Shown one piece after another: positions 48,583 to 59,600 of a DNA stretch of 64,000 nt. A program made the position numbers and the translations under genes. Below the pieces are notes generated by a model. That model worked only from the letters and a program-made list of their open reading frames with translations. It did no database searches and was not told where the DNA came from. This DNA is from Candidatus Moraniibacteriota bacterium. GTDB lineage: Bacteria > Patescibacteriota > Minisyncoccia > Moranbacterales > UBA1568. The stretch spans positions 95,493 through 159,492 of the forward strand of contig JBAQEZ010000003.1 of the NCBI GenBank assembly GCA_049287005.1, read 5' to 3'. How positions within the stretch are numbered: position 1 is the stretch's first letter; each line of letters opens with the position of its first letter.

Positions 48583-49069
48583 ATTTATTGTCAGACCAGC
48601 CGTTTTCTTTTTTTAACTGATGTAATTTTAATAACCAATTGAGTTTTGTGTAGAATGTAAGTAATGCCATTGCTAATCCACAAAAGAGAGCCAATCCTAC
48701 CAACCCAAGTATCAATTCACCCAGTAGCCCTATCCCTTTTGGTGTTAGATCGTAAAGTTGTGAAAAACCAAATAAAAAAATAATCACTAACGTAGTGGCT
48801 AGTATATTTGATACTATTTTCACGCCACCGGTCAGCTCGGTATTTTTTATATAGTGCATTGTACGTATAAAACATTTTATATCACGCAACTTTGAACTTA
48901 TTAATTTTCGTTGTTCTTTGGTGAGATCAGAAACTTTCTCAATTAATAGATTTCGTTGTAAAGCAAAATAATATTTCTCGGAACAATCACCACAAAGGGG
49001 TTCATTATCTTCTGTCCACTTATCAGGACAATCCATTATTTTTTTACACCAAACACAGCTTTCTTCCAT
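48575..49069 (-). CDS. zinc-ribbon (CxxC...CxxC) protein with two C-terminal TM helices, hypothetical
   Basis: CVWCKKIMDC...CGDCSEKYY, then two hydrophobic helices. Confidence 0.5.
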   Translation of the reverse strand: MEESCVWCKKIMDCPDKWTEDNEPLCGDCSEKYYFALQRNLLIEKVSDLTKEQRKLISSKLRDIKCFIRTMHYIKNTELTGGVKIVSNILATTLVIIFLFGFSQLYDLTPKGIGLLGELILGLVGLALFCGLAMALLTFYTKLNWLLKLHQLKKENGWSDNKYD

Positions 49070-49723
49070 AGATACTATAAATAAAAAAAGGCAACCCTAC
49101 TGGTTGCAACACCCAACTAGACGATTATGCCCAGCTGTTTGAAGTAGGATTGCCCTTTTCAGGCACAATCCCACCTGCATAAAGCAAGGGTTTTTAGTTG
49201 AGTGTTGCATACTTAAATTACCACGAAAAACGTCCAGAATCAAACGTAAAAATTTGACTTTTTTCCAATTTGCGTGTATACTGTATGCAGTTGTTTATCA
49301 ATTATTGTAAAGAGTTTGGAAATCTGTTTAGTGAAATGTTGATTTTTCCACTGCGCGGAGAGAACCTCCCCAGTAACTTGTTGGTTGATTGAAGCTAAAT
49401 AAGATCCCAGACGATTCCTTTTGAGGAACATTATTTTTATCATAGGTTATTGCATACACACAGAGGGCGGAAAAGAGGGTTGATATCCTCTCTGACGAAA
49501 ACTCATTCTCCATAAAAAGAGATATGTCAGTCCGATCATTGTAACTGTTGTAGGGCGTTCAGAATAAACGTTAAGTAAGGCTCAAAGAAATCATTATCAA
49601 ATTAGGCAGGTTAGTTTCTGCTCTCTTTGGTGGTTATTTCTTTGAGTTTTTTTGTTATAAGAAAGAGGGTAGGCGTAATTTGCCTGCCCTCTTTTATTTG
49701 TCTAATCCATTAAACACACAAGT

Positions 49724-49924
49724 ATGCGGTCAATAGAAGCAAGGTTCAAAAAAGTGCAGGTCAGGAATTTTATCAAGAGTTCTTATGATTGTTTTGCAGA
49801 GGCAATATCGGGGCAGAAGTTTAGCAGGGAAGTGATCCATCGCTGGTTTATGAAACTGGTCAATAAAGACGATTATGCTAAAAGAGAGAAAAAAGAGTTA
49901 TTGCTATATCTGGAAAGTTTATGA
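49724..49924 (+). CDS. small hypothetical protein
   Basis: 66 aa, downstream of a 650-bp divergent regulatory region. Confidence 0.3.
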   Translation: MRSIEARFKKVQVRNFIKSSYDCFAEAISGQKFSREVIHRWFMKLVNKDDYAKREKKELLLYLESL

Positions 49925-50567
49925 AACGTCCGAGGACGACAGAAAATGCGGGGGTAAAGGCGGTTTGGGAGAGGGGCAAAGGGTAAATGATACATATTTA
50001 CCAAGTACCACGAGAAACAATGCTTAAAACGAGTTTTGTAAAAATAAGAATCAAATATGAAAAAGAAATGGTTAAGGAATAGAAACTATTATAAGTATTC
50101 CTTTTCTAACAAACCTGTCCATTGAAAATGAGGGTCAAATAGCTCTTGCCGGTGGCGAATAATAAGCCCAAGGTAATAAGCTAACGCCGGTTTGTTCGTT
50201 CCGGTAAATTCAAAACGATAGTCCGTGCGTTATACAGGAACTGGGGCGCAAGGAATACACATTATGGAGAGTGAAATCTCCTACCCAATGCTTCTTGTTA
50301 ACAGTAGCAAGATAACCGTTCCGAAAAAGGAAGCTGGGCTGCGGTACGCTCTAAATTACCGCCCTTGTGTCGCTATCCATATGAACAATCGTGTGGATAG
50401 CGATGTAAGGATAATAGTTTCAAAATCGTTAGCGACCCCCTCATTTTCAGGTTCCGGATACATAGCCGATCAAATAACCCACTCAAAAAGACGGGAAACT
50501 ACAACCATATATCGCAATCTCTTATAACCATATTAAATAGCTAATAAGAATAATTATTTATAAGTAT

Positions 50568-51104
50568 ATGGACAAAAAAAAGAAAAAAAAGAGAGGTGTT
50601 TATCTAAAAAATATGAAACAGAAAGAGAAACTAGAAGAATATGACCCCAATAATGGCAAGGGACTGAAATTACAATGGCTCAATTTCATAAAAGAATATA
50701 TCAAAAACGGGGGAAACGCTACGGAAGCCTATATAACAGCATACCCAGAAGTTAATAGGGAATCGGCGAGGCGCAATGGGTCGCGCCTGTTGACACACGC
50801 AGACATTATAGGAGAAATCGGAAACCGTTATGACGTTCAGACGGCGACGGACGCTTGGGTTATTGCTACGGCTATGAAATACGCCAAAGCAGGGTTAGAG
50901 AACCCCAAAGTGGCACTAGCCGGAGTGAAAGCACTAGAAATGATCGCTAGGAGCAAGGGTATGCTAACGGACGTTCAAAAAGTGGAATTTACAGCAGAGA
51001 ATCCGGCAGTTTTCTTTGCTCCATATAGCAAGGAAGAAGCAGAAGAAATGGATAAAATGTTCCAGCCGAAAGACGGGAAACCCCCAATTCGGATAATTGA
51101 ATAG
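50568..51104 (+). CDS. phage terminase small subunit-like protein (P27/Terminase_2 family)
   Basis: GGNATEAYITAYPEVNRESARRNGSRLLTHADI is the characteristic TerS HTH; 178 aa. No terL, portal or capsid genes are nearby. Confidence 0.65.
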   Translation: MDKKKKKKRGVYLKNMKQKEKLEEYDPNNGKGLKLQWLNFIKEYIKNGGNATEAYITAYPEVNRESARRNGSRLLTHADIIGEIGNRYDVQTATDAWVIATAMKYAKAGLENPKVALAGVKALEMIARSKGMLTDVQKVEFTAENPAVFFAPYSKEEAEEMDKMFQPKDGKPPIRIIE

Positions 51105-51466
51105 ATTACTAGAAAAAAGCCTTTTTGGTGAAAACGTTATGGAAAGAACCCGGGAAAATCAGGATAGAGTTTCTACTCCACGGGTAGCTGGTTCTTCCTT
51201 TGGCTCTATTCCTTTAAGGAGTTTTGGGAGTATAATAGAGTATGACAGTCGGATAGGCTTAAAACAATTGAGCAGGGAGATCCCTAGTAACGCATTTATA
51301 TTCAATGTAGGGAGTACTTATGTTGTTGTCGTTTTATAGTGGCTTATGATATATCTCATTTATGGAACAGGGGGCTATTCAATTAACTTTCCTTAATCCA
51401 CTATCCTTTCTAATAAGGGGTTGGAGTTGGTTTATTAGAGAATTCCCAGAAAAGCGTGTTTCTGAC

Positions 51467-52345
51467 CACAATATGATTTTCATCGGACCGCCGGGATCGG
51501 GGAAAACGCTTTTGGCGAAAACATTGCCCACCATCCTGCCGAAGTTGGATTTGGCCGAGAGTCTGGAAATTACCAAAATATTTTCGATCGCCGGATGTTT
51601 ACCAAAAGATAAATCGTTGATCATGACACGACCGTTCCGTTCCCCTCACCATACAGCCAGTGCGGTCTCTCTCGTGGGTGGCGGTTCTTTTCCGAAACCG
51701 GGAGAAATCAGTCTGGCACACCGAGGAGTATTGTTTCTGGATGAGTTCGCGGAATTCTCGCGGACGGTTTTGGAGAATTTGCGTCAGCCGCTCGAAGACG
51801 GGGAAATCACCGTCTCCCGAGCTAGAGGGTCTTTGCATTTTCCGGCGCGTTTCATGTTGGTGGCGGCGATGAATCCGTGTCCGTGCGGGCACGCAGGAGA
51901 CCCGCAGCGTGCCTGTGCTTGCGCGCCGTATCAGGTGGTGCGTTATCGACAGAAAATTTCCGGACCGATCCTGGATCGTATCGATCTGCATATTGATGTG
52001 CCGCGAGTGAAATTCGAGAAGCTGGCAGAAAAAGAAACCGGTGCAGAAAAAAGCAACGTTATCCGGGCGCGAGTCGAAAGTGCACGGGCCATACAGAAAG
52101 AGCGCTTCGCGGAGAAAACGTGTCGAACCAACGCGGAAATGACGAGCCATATGGTGAAAGAATTCTGTGTGTTGAACGATGAGACGCGGGATATTTTGCG
52201 TAGTGCTGTATCGCAATTGAAGCTTTCTGCGCGCGCCTATATGCGGATTTTGAAAGTGGCTCGGACAATCGCGGATTTGGCACAGGTGCCGTCTATCGGG
52301 GTCTCGCATCTGGCCGAAGCGCTCCAGTATCGATTCAAAGAGTAA
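51467..52345 (+). pseudogene. comM: comM/yifB C-terminal fragment (AAA+ and Mg-chelatase C-terminal domains)
   Basis: HNMIFIGPPGSGKTLLAKTL... continues the interrupted N-fragment. Track ORF 51362..52345 starts inside island DNA. Confidence 0.8.
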
Positions 52346-52437
52346 AGAATTTTTTGGTGGTTATTTTCTTTGTCCAAGCTCAAAAAAACTTCAAGCTTCC
52401 TAGAAAGATTCTTGCGATGAAAGACCACTTTTATTGA

Positions 52438-53445
52438 GTGACTATGAGTGAACGAGAAATTATGGATTACGGACTTCGAACGAAAAAAGCGCAGAGGAAA
52501 AGGGGAATGAAAATCATTTCTTTTTTCATCATCCTTCTCTTTCTTGGCGTGGGAGCATATATTGTTTTGGGGAAGACAGGATCAGAAGCGTGGAACTGCA
52601 ATGCTCAAAAAACAATCACGGTGGTCGATAACGGGCTCGAATTTCCGTTTGCTGATGTGGCTGAAAAAACCGTCGGAGAACTCCTCCTTTCGAAAAAGAT
52701 CATCCTGACTTTGGGTGACAGCATTTTTCCTGACGTAGAGGCACCGCTTTTCTCCGGTACGCGTATCCTGATCGCGCGCTCTCATCCGCTCTCGGTCGTG
52801 GTTGATGGTGGCGAGCAGGTACTCCATACGCAGGCGCTCTCAGTGGGGCAAGCTCTCGAGGAGAGTACCATCGCGATAGACGAAGACGATATCGTGAAGC
52901 CGAGCCGTGATATGTTTGCAGTGAACGGTATCAGAGTCGTGATCACGCGGGTGCAGATTGAAGAGCAATCAGTCGAAAAACCGATCGCCTTTGATAAAAA
53001 GGTGAATGAAGATGGTAATCTCTCCTGGAGAAAAAATGTCGTGACGCAAAAAGGAGAGAATGGCATACAGAAGCTTATCTATAGAGTAAGCAAATACGAC
53101 GGTAGGGAAGTAAATCGCAAACTTTTGAATACGGAAGTTATCAGGGACCCGGTTGCGCAGATAGTGACGCAAGGAACGCATGTACAGTTGGGGAAAAGCC
53201 ATAGTGGCGGAGCTTCGTGGTATGCTTTCACTGGAACGATGGCAGCGGCCAATCCGTGGCTGCCGATGGGGAGCTATGTGAAAGTAACCAATGTGGGCAA
53301 TGGTAAGAGCGTGATCGTGAAGATCAACGATCGTGGGCCGTTCGTTCCTGGGCGTATTATTGATCTTGATAAAGCAGCCTTTACTCGTATTGCCTCAATT
53401 GGCGCCGGCGTCATCAATGTGAAAATGGAGGAAATCATCAATTGA
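52438..53445 (+). CDS. membrane-anchored G5-domain + RlpA-like double-psi beta-barrel protein (cell-wall associated)
   Basis: N-terminal TM; G5-like region (NLSWRKNVVTQKGENGIQKLIYRV...); C-terminal GGASWYAF...VKVTNVGNGKSVIVKINDRGPFVPGRIIDLDKAAF RlpA/DPBB signature. Confidence 0.7.
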   Translation: MTMSEREIMDYGLRTKKAQRKRGMKIISFFIILLFLGVGAYIVLGKTGSEAWNCNAQKTITVVDNGLEFPFADVAEKTVGELLLSKKIILTLGDSIFPDVEAPLFSGTRILIARSHPLSVVVDGGEQVLHTQALSVGQALEESTIAIDEDDIVKPSRDMFAVNGIRVVITRVQIEEQSVEKPIAFDKKVNEDGNLSWRKNVVTQKGENGIQKLIYRVSKYDGREVNRKLLNTEVIRDPVAQIVTQGTHVQLGKSHSGGASWYAFTGTMAAANPWLPMGSYVKVTNVGNGKSVIVKINDRGPFVPGRIIDLDKAAFTRIASIGAGVINVKMEEIIN

Positions 53446-53452
53446 TGTCCGT

Positions 53453-53529
53453 CAGCTGAGCGAGAATGTGGTGCAGATGAGCCCGGTAACTTCAAGGACA
53501 TTTTCAGCTGGGCAAAATTGTAGATGAGG
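53453..53529 (+). repeat. 78-bp degenerate copy of the giant-gene 3' end, positioned just upstream of the giant gene (direct repeat with 60218..60295)
   Basis: cagctgagcgagaatgtggtgcagatga...aaggacattttcag[c/t]tgggc[a/g]aaattgtagatgagg; about 90% identity with a 1-nt indel. Confidence 0.85.
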
Positions 53530-53644
53530 AAAAGAGCGCGCATGGACATGGGCAAAGACTGCAAGCAGCCTACCGCAGAAGAATCTCATACCTCTGTATG
53601 AGATTTTTCTTTGCCTTCTGAGAGTATCTTTTTCTCCTCTTTTT

Positions 53645-56600
53645 GTGGTATTATTTCAATGGATGGTTGTTGTTCAAACAGCTATTTTGAGTGTAGAAAA
53701 AAGAAACAGCAGTATGCAAAACGTCTTGTCGGCGCATCAAAGAAGAAAACGGTATCAGATGAAAAATCGCAGACGGCTGGGGTGTTTTGACGGCGGCGCG
53801 TATCAATCGCGGGTCAGTATTTTGTGGCGACGCTTACGACAGCAGTATCGGCGATGGCAAGCGGAGGTATCCGCGCCTATGGCGGCGCACATACTTGATT
53901 TTTTCGTGCGAACCAAGAGGCCGAAATCATTCGATAGTGTCAAGGCGAAAAGAAGTATTTCCCGGAACAAGAGAGGGCGATCTCCTTTCGGTCTTGCTTC
54001 CATGTGGTACCGGCGGTATATAGCATTCAATCCGGTGGCCAAGGTTTCGGCCCTCCTTATCGTCATGCTGCTTAGTGGCGTGTACCTCTTTCCTTTTGGA
54101 ACACAGGGTGCGACTTTCACGTTCGTCCAAACTTCCTGGCTCGGCGGAGCCACCGCGAATCCCGCCACTCACGCGAGCAACCAGACCGGTTGGACGGAAT
54201 ATGCCAGCAAGGACACGAATGTCTCAGCGGTGAATGGAGGTGCGGACGTGACTCTGACGTCGACCAACTACGCTTTCACCGATGATGGGACAACGGATGT
54301 CTCGCCAACCGGAGGAGTCGCTACATCCGGGGGCGGGTTTGGGAACGGGACGAATGCCAGCACGACCGTAACCGGCAGCGGGACAGGGGCGAGCGTGGGG
54401 CTCGCGGGTTCGGTTACCGCATTCGATACCCGAGATGATTATACAGTAGGCACCAACCCCCAGTTTGCCGCCTTCGACTCCTCTACGAATTCCGTCTGGG
54501 TGTCGAATTACGCCTCCGGCAACGTCACAAAACTCAACCCCGCCACCGGCGCGGTTATCGGTACCTATACGGTCGGCACCAATCCGGTCGGTGTCCTCTT
54601 CGATCCTTCCACCAACTCTATCTGGGTTGCGAACAACGGTTCAGACACCATTACGAAACTCAATGCCTCCACCGGTGCCCCGACCGGCACCTATAACACG
54701 GGAACCCACCCGAGAACGCTCGCCTTCGACTCTTCCACCAACTCTATCTGGGTATCGCAAGAAGGTGCGTATGTTTCAGGTTCCGTCGCTAAATTCAATG
54801 CCTCCACCGGTGCCCTCCTCGGTACGTATCCCACGTCTGCCTATCCGGGTAATATCGCCTATGATGATTTTACCAACTCTATCTGGCAGGCGAGCGGCGG
54901 CGACAGCAAGCTTTACAAGCTCAACGCTGCTACGGGCGCCCTGACTGCTAGCTCCACCTCGGGTATGGGGTCCTCACTGACTTACGATTCTTATACTCAC
55001 TCCATATGGCTGGGGAGATTCGGTTACTCTGACCCCGAAATTAAAAAATTCGACGTTACCACCGGGGCAAACACGGCTACGGTATATATTGCATCCGTTA
55101 ATGATACTGGGTATGTCAACTTTGACCCTGCGACCAACACTATCTTAGTGACAGGGACTAGCAACAATACCGTTACGAGATTCGATGTCTCCACCGGCGC
55201 GACTCTTGGTGTGTATAGCACCGGCACTACCCCGCAAAGCGCCATCGCCGACCCCTCTACCAACTCCATCTGGGTGACGAACTACGGCACGAACACCGTC
55301 TCCAAGATCAGTGGCCTCACCGGGTCCACTTCGGCGAACTATACTGTCGGCACTACTCCGCAAAATGCCGTCTTTGACCCCTCCACTAATTCCGTCTGGG
55401 TAGCGAACTACGGCTCCAACAATGTTAAAAAACTTAATGCTTCCACCGGAGCGGTCACCGGCACCTATACCGTGGGTACCAGTCCTTATGCCATTGCTTT
55501 CGACTCGTCCACCAACTCCGTCTGGGTGACCAATAGCGGATCCAGCAATGTCAAAAAACTCTCTGCCGCCGACGGCACGGTCACGGGTACCTATACAGCA
55601 AGCACCAGTCCCAGGGGCATTGCTTTCGACTCGTCCACCAACTCTATCTGGGTATCAAACTTCACCTCCAATAACGTCACCAAACTCTCTGCCGCCGATG
55701 GCTCGTACATCGGTACCTATCCTGTAGCCACAGGAGGGAACCCTCTTGGTGTTGCTTTCGACTCCTCCACTAATTCCATTTGGATAGCTAATAGCGCTAC
55801 TGCCAACGTCACCAAACTCACTGCCGCCACCGGTGCGCTTGTCGGCACGTATGCCGCAGGCACCACCCCGACACGTTTGGCCTTCGATTCTTCAACCAAC
55901 TCTATTTGGGTGACCAATAGCGGATCCAATAACGTCAAAAAACTCAGTGCCGCCGACGGTTCGGTTACCGGTACGTATACCGTAACTAGTGCCAGTGGGA
56001 TTGCCATCGATCCCACCACGAGCTCTGTTTGGGTGTCGAGTGGGGGTGCTAGTAACACGCTTGTCACTAAACTCAATCTTGCTACTGGCGCGACAATAAA
56101 GACCTATACGGTGGGGACTCAACCATCGGGAGTGACTTTCGACTCCTTCACCAATTCCATCTGGGTTGCGAACTACAGCACTAATAACATCACTAAAATA
56201 GTCACCGGCACCACCACGTATTCCACCCCCGGCACCTTCACCTCCGCAGTCATTGATCTGGGGACCGGCGTTGGCTTTGGCACGATGTCGTGGACGGCCA
56301 CGCTCAACAGCCAGACGCTCACCATGAAGGCTCGTTCCTCCGCCACGGTAGACTTTTCCGGCGCCACCGCGTGGGCGAGCTGTACCGACATCACGAGCGG
56401 CGCCGCGCTCTCTACCGGCGGCTGCATCACCGATGGTCACCGATACATTCAGTATCAAGCCGCCTTCTCCACTGCCGATACCGCCATCACCCCCGCTCTC
56501 AATAGCGTCTCTATCGCCTATGGCCAATACGGTAGCGGCACGCTTACCTCATCTATTTACAACTCTTCCTCCGCGGCCAATCTTCTTTCCAGACTGACAT

Positions 56601-59600
56601 GGACGGCGACCGGTACAAGTGGGATGGAAACAGTCCAATTCCAAGTCCGTTCCGCCGCTACCTCGGAAGGCGTGGCGGGCGCGACCTGGTGCGGGTATGA
56701 AAATTGCTCGGGCACGAGCTACTTCGACGCGGCCGAAAGCGGCGTGACACTTTCTCCCTCCCATCCTCTTATGATCGGTACAGATGATCAGTATTTTCAG
56801 TACAAAGTGATCCTTTCGGGCGGTGCCGTCACCCCCGTGTTAAACAGCGTGACGGTTCAATATGTCGTCAACGCCGCACCGAATCTCGATACATCCTTCG
56901 GCACGAATGGCATCACGGTGGCGCAGATTTCCGATTTTTCCGATCCTGACTGGGGAAAAGTCCGCATCACGTATCAAGTGCGCGATGTCGATACCGGAGA
57001 TGGAACAAACACTCCTGGCTCGGTCACTCCCTCCTTTGCCTACGACACCGGCTCAGGATTCACGACGATCACAGCTCCGAGTATCGCGGCCGGCTCTCTC
57101 ACGAGCAAAGCGGTTGATGCTTCGAGCTATACTCAGTATGAGGCGATCTGGGACGCTCAAACCGATATCCCGGACACTTTCGCGGCAGCACTCCAGGTGC
57201 GGGTTACGGTAAACGACAATGAAGCGGCCAACAACACGGCGACCGCCACCGATACGCTCGCGTTCGATTCCAAGGATCCTGTTTTGGGTGGGGCTCCGAT
57301 CATCGTCGACGCTTCGACAGTACCGGCGGCAGCCACTTTTTCCGTCACGGACGACTCCTCACTCCAGATGAAAGTCTCCCTCAACGCCGATTTGGCAGGA
57401 GCTTCATGGGAAACCTACAGCGTGAGCAAGACTATGGCTCTCGTTACCAATCCCGATACCGTCTACGCGCAGTTCCGCGATACCTATGGCGACGAAACGG
57501 CAATCGTCTCGGTGGCGTCTACTGAAACGCCGACGCTCATGATCGTGCAGGATATTTCTAATCCAGCGACTTCCGAATGGCGTCTCTTCTCTTCTTGGCG
57601 CGCTGTCGCTGAGCCGTCTGCCGGCTTCGCGAGCTACAAGCTCTATCGCTCCACGGACAATGTTACATTTTCGCTTATTACCACGATCTTTTCGAGAGTC
57701 ATGAATTACTACATTGACGATACTGCCGCTTTCGATACTCTCTACTACTATAAAATCAAGATGACAGACAGTGTCGGAAACGTTTCCTGGTTTTCCAGCG
57801 TTCTGCAGGGGAAAGCCAACGGCACCCAGGACGCGGGGGAAGGGGGCGGGGGAACGGAAACGACCGCCCCGACGATTTCTACGGTGGCCAGTTCCGGCGT
57901 CTCTACCACCGAAGCCACCATCACCTGGGAAACGGACGAGCTTTCCACTTCGACCGTCGGCTTCTCGACCACGCAGGGAATCTTTACGGATGAAATCGGC
58001 GTGGCGACGTATACCGACAACGCCGCCGGTTCCGGCATCCATCAAGTTGTTCTCTCCGGTCTGACACCCGATACCACCTATTATTATCAGGCGAAATCTG
58101 CCGACCCTTCGACCAACGAGGGCATCGCCAACAACGGCGGCACTGGGTATGTATTTACCACACTCCCCGGTCCGGCTATCTCCGGCGTAGCCATATCATC
58201 GGCTGCCAATACGCAGGCCACCATCACCTGGAATACGGACATCGCTTCCACCTCCACAGTCGTGTATTCCGCGTCTGTCTCGGGAGGGGCGCTGGTCACT
58301 CCGACCGAAGTCGGCAGCTCGACGCCGGTGACTGTCCATAGTGTGCTCCTCTCTGCGCTCACGCAGGGCACGACGTATTACTTCTCCGTCAAATCACAAC
58401 ACGGTAGCGATATCGCCCAAGATACCAATGCCGGCAGCTTCTACCAATTCACGACTACGTCGGATGCGACCAGCCCCATCATCTCCTCGCTCGCGGCCTC
58501 CGTCATCACCTACGATCGAGCTGCCCTCACTTGGAAGACGGATGAACAGGGTTCTGGCCAGATCCGCTACGCCACCGTCTCCGGTGGCCCCTACACTCAG
58601 ACCACCGAAACCGCCACCTACGGACAGGATCATTTCGTCATCCTGCCTTCCCTCATCACCGACACCCTCTACTACTTCAAGGCCTACTCCCGGGATCTCT
58701 CCGGCAACGCGACACTGTCTCCGGAGAACTCTTTCACCACGCTTCAGGATCCGAGCTACCAGCATGATCCCCTCAGCAGTATCACGAGCGTTTCTGCCTC
58801 TCTTGTCACGGATACCAACGCGGTCATCTCCCTGACAACCGACCAACCGGCACTGTGTACTATCGAATACGGCACGGCCCCAGGCAGCTACACCGCTACG
58901 CCCGTGACGGAAACATTGGAAAACAAGCGTCATGCGATCACGCTTCCTTCGCTTCTGTTCAGCACGACATATTATTACCAGGCGACGTGCATCGACAACC
59001 TGGATACGTCCGTGGAATCCGATGAGGAGAGCTTCGCTACCACAGTCGAACAGGTGGACACGGGCAGCGAGGGCGGAGATATCGTCGCCCCGGCCATTTC
59101 CAGCGTCAGTGTCGGGACCGTTACCGGCGAGAACGCGACGATTACCTGGACGACGGATGAGGATGCGAATGGTTACGTCCGTTACGGCATCACCACGGAC
59201 TACGGCAGTATGGCCGGCGATGATTTGGTGAACGCTGCCATCTCCACGTACGCGACCGAGCACACCGTCATTTTGCGAGACCTGATTCCGTCGACGAAAT
59301 ACTACTATACCGTCCTGTCTTCCGATGCTGCCGGCAATCTGACGACTTCCTCAGACTCCTCCTTCACCACTGCCTCTCCTTCCACCATCTCCTCCATCAA
59401 TATCCTCTCGACCAAGATCGGCGAAGCCACCCTGACCTGGAAAACCAGTTCCGCCATGACCTCCATCGTGGAATATGGTCTCACCGAAACCTACGGCGAC
59501 AAACAAGAAAGTGGCACCTCGACGGAAACGCACAGCCTGACGGTCGCGAAGCTTCAGAGCAATCAGCTCTACCACTTCCGCGTCAAAGGCAAAGACAAGG

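Larger units (their letters stand above)
40660..51466. mobile_element. ~10.8-kb AT-rich integrative element inserted in comM (serine-recombinase-mediated); PICI/satellite-like gene set
   Basis: Flanked by the two halves of comM; recombinase at the left end, terS-like gene at the right end. A CACAAT(His-Asn) motif is shared at both junctions (40649 and 51466), and composition is AT-rich against the backbone. Confidence 0.7.

Noticed and set aside
51097-51339. 80-aa ORF after terS as a truncated terminase large subunit
   Set aside because: No terminase ATPase motifs. It lies at the island/comM junction and probably reads through attR into junction sequence.
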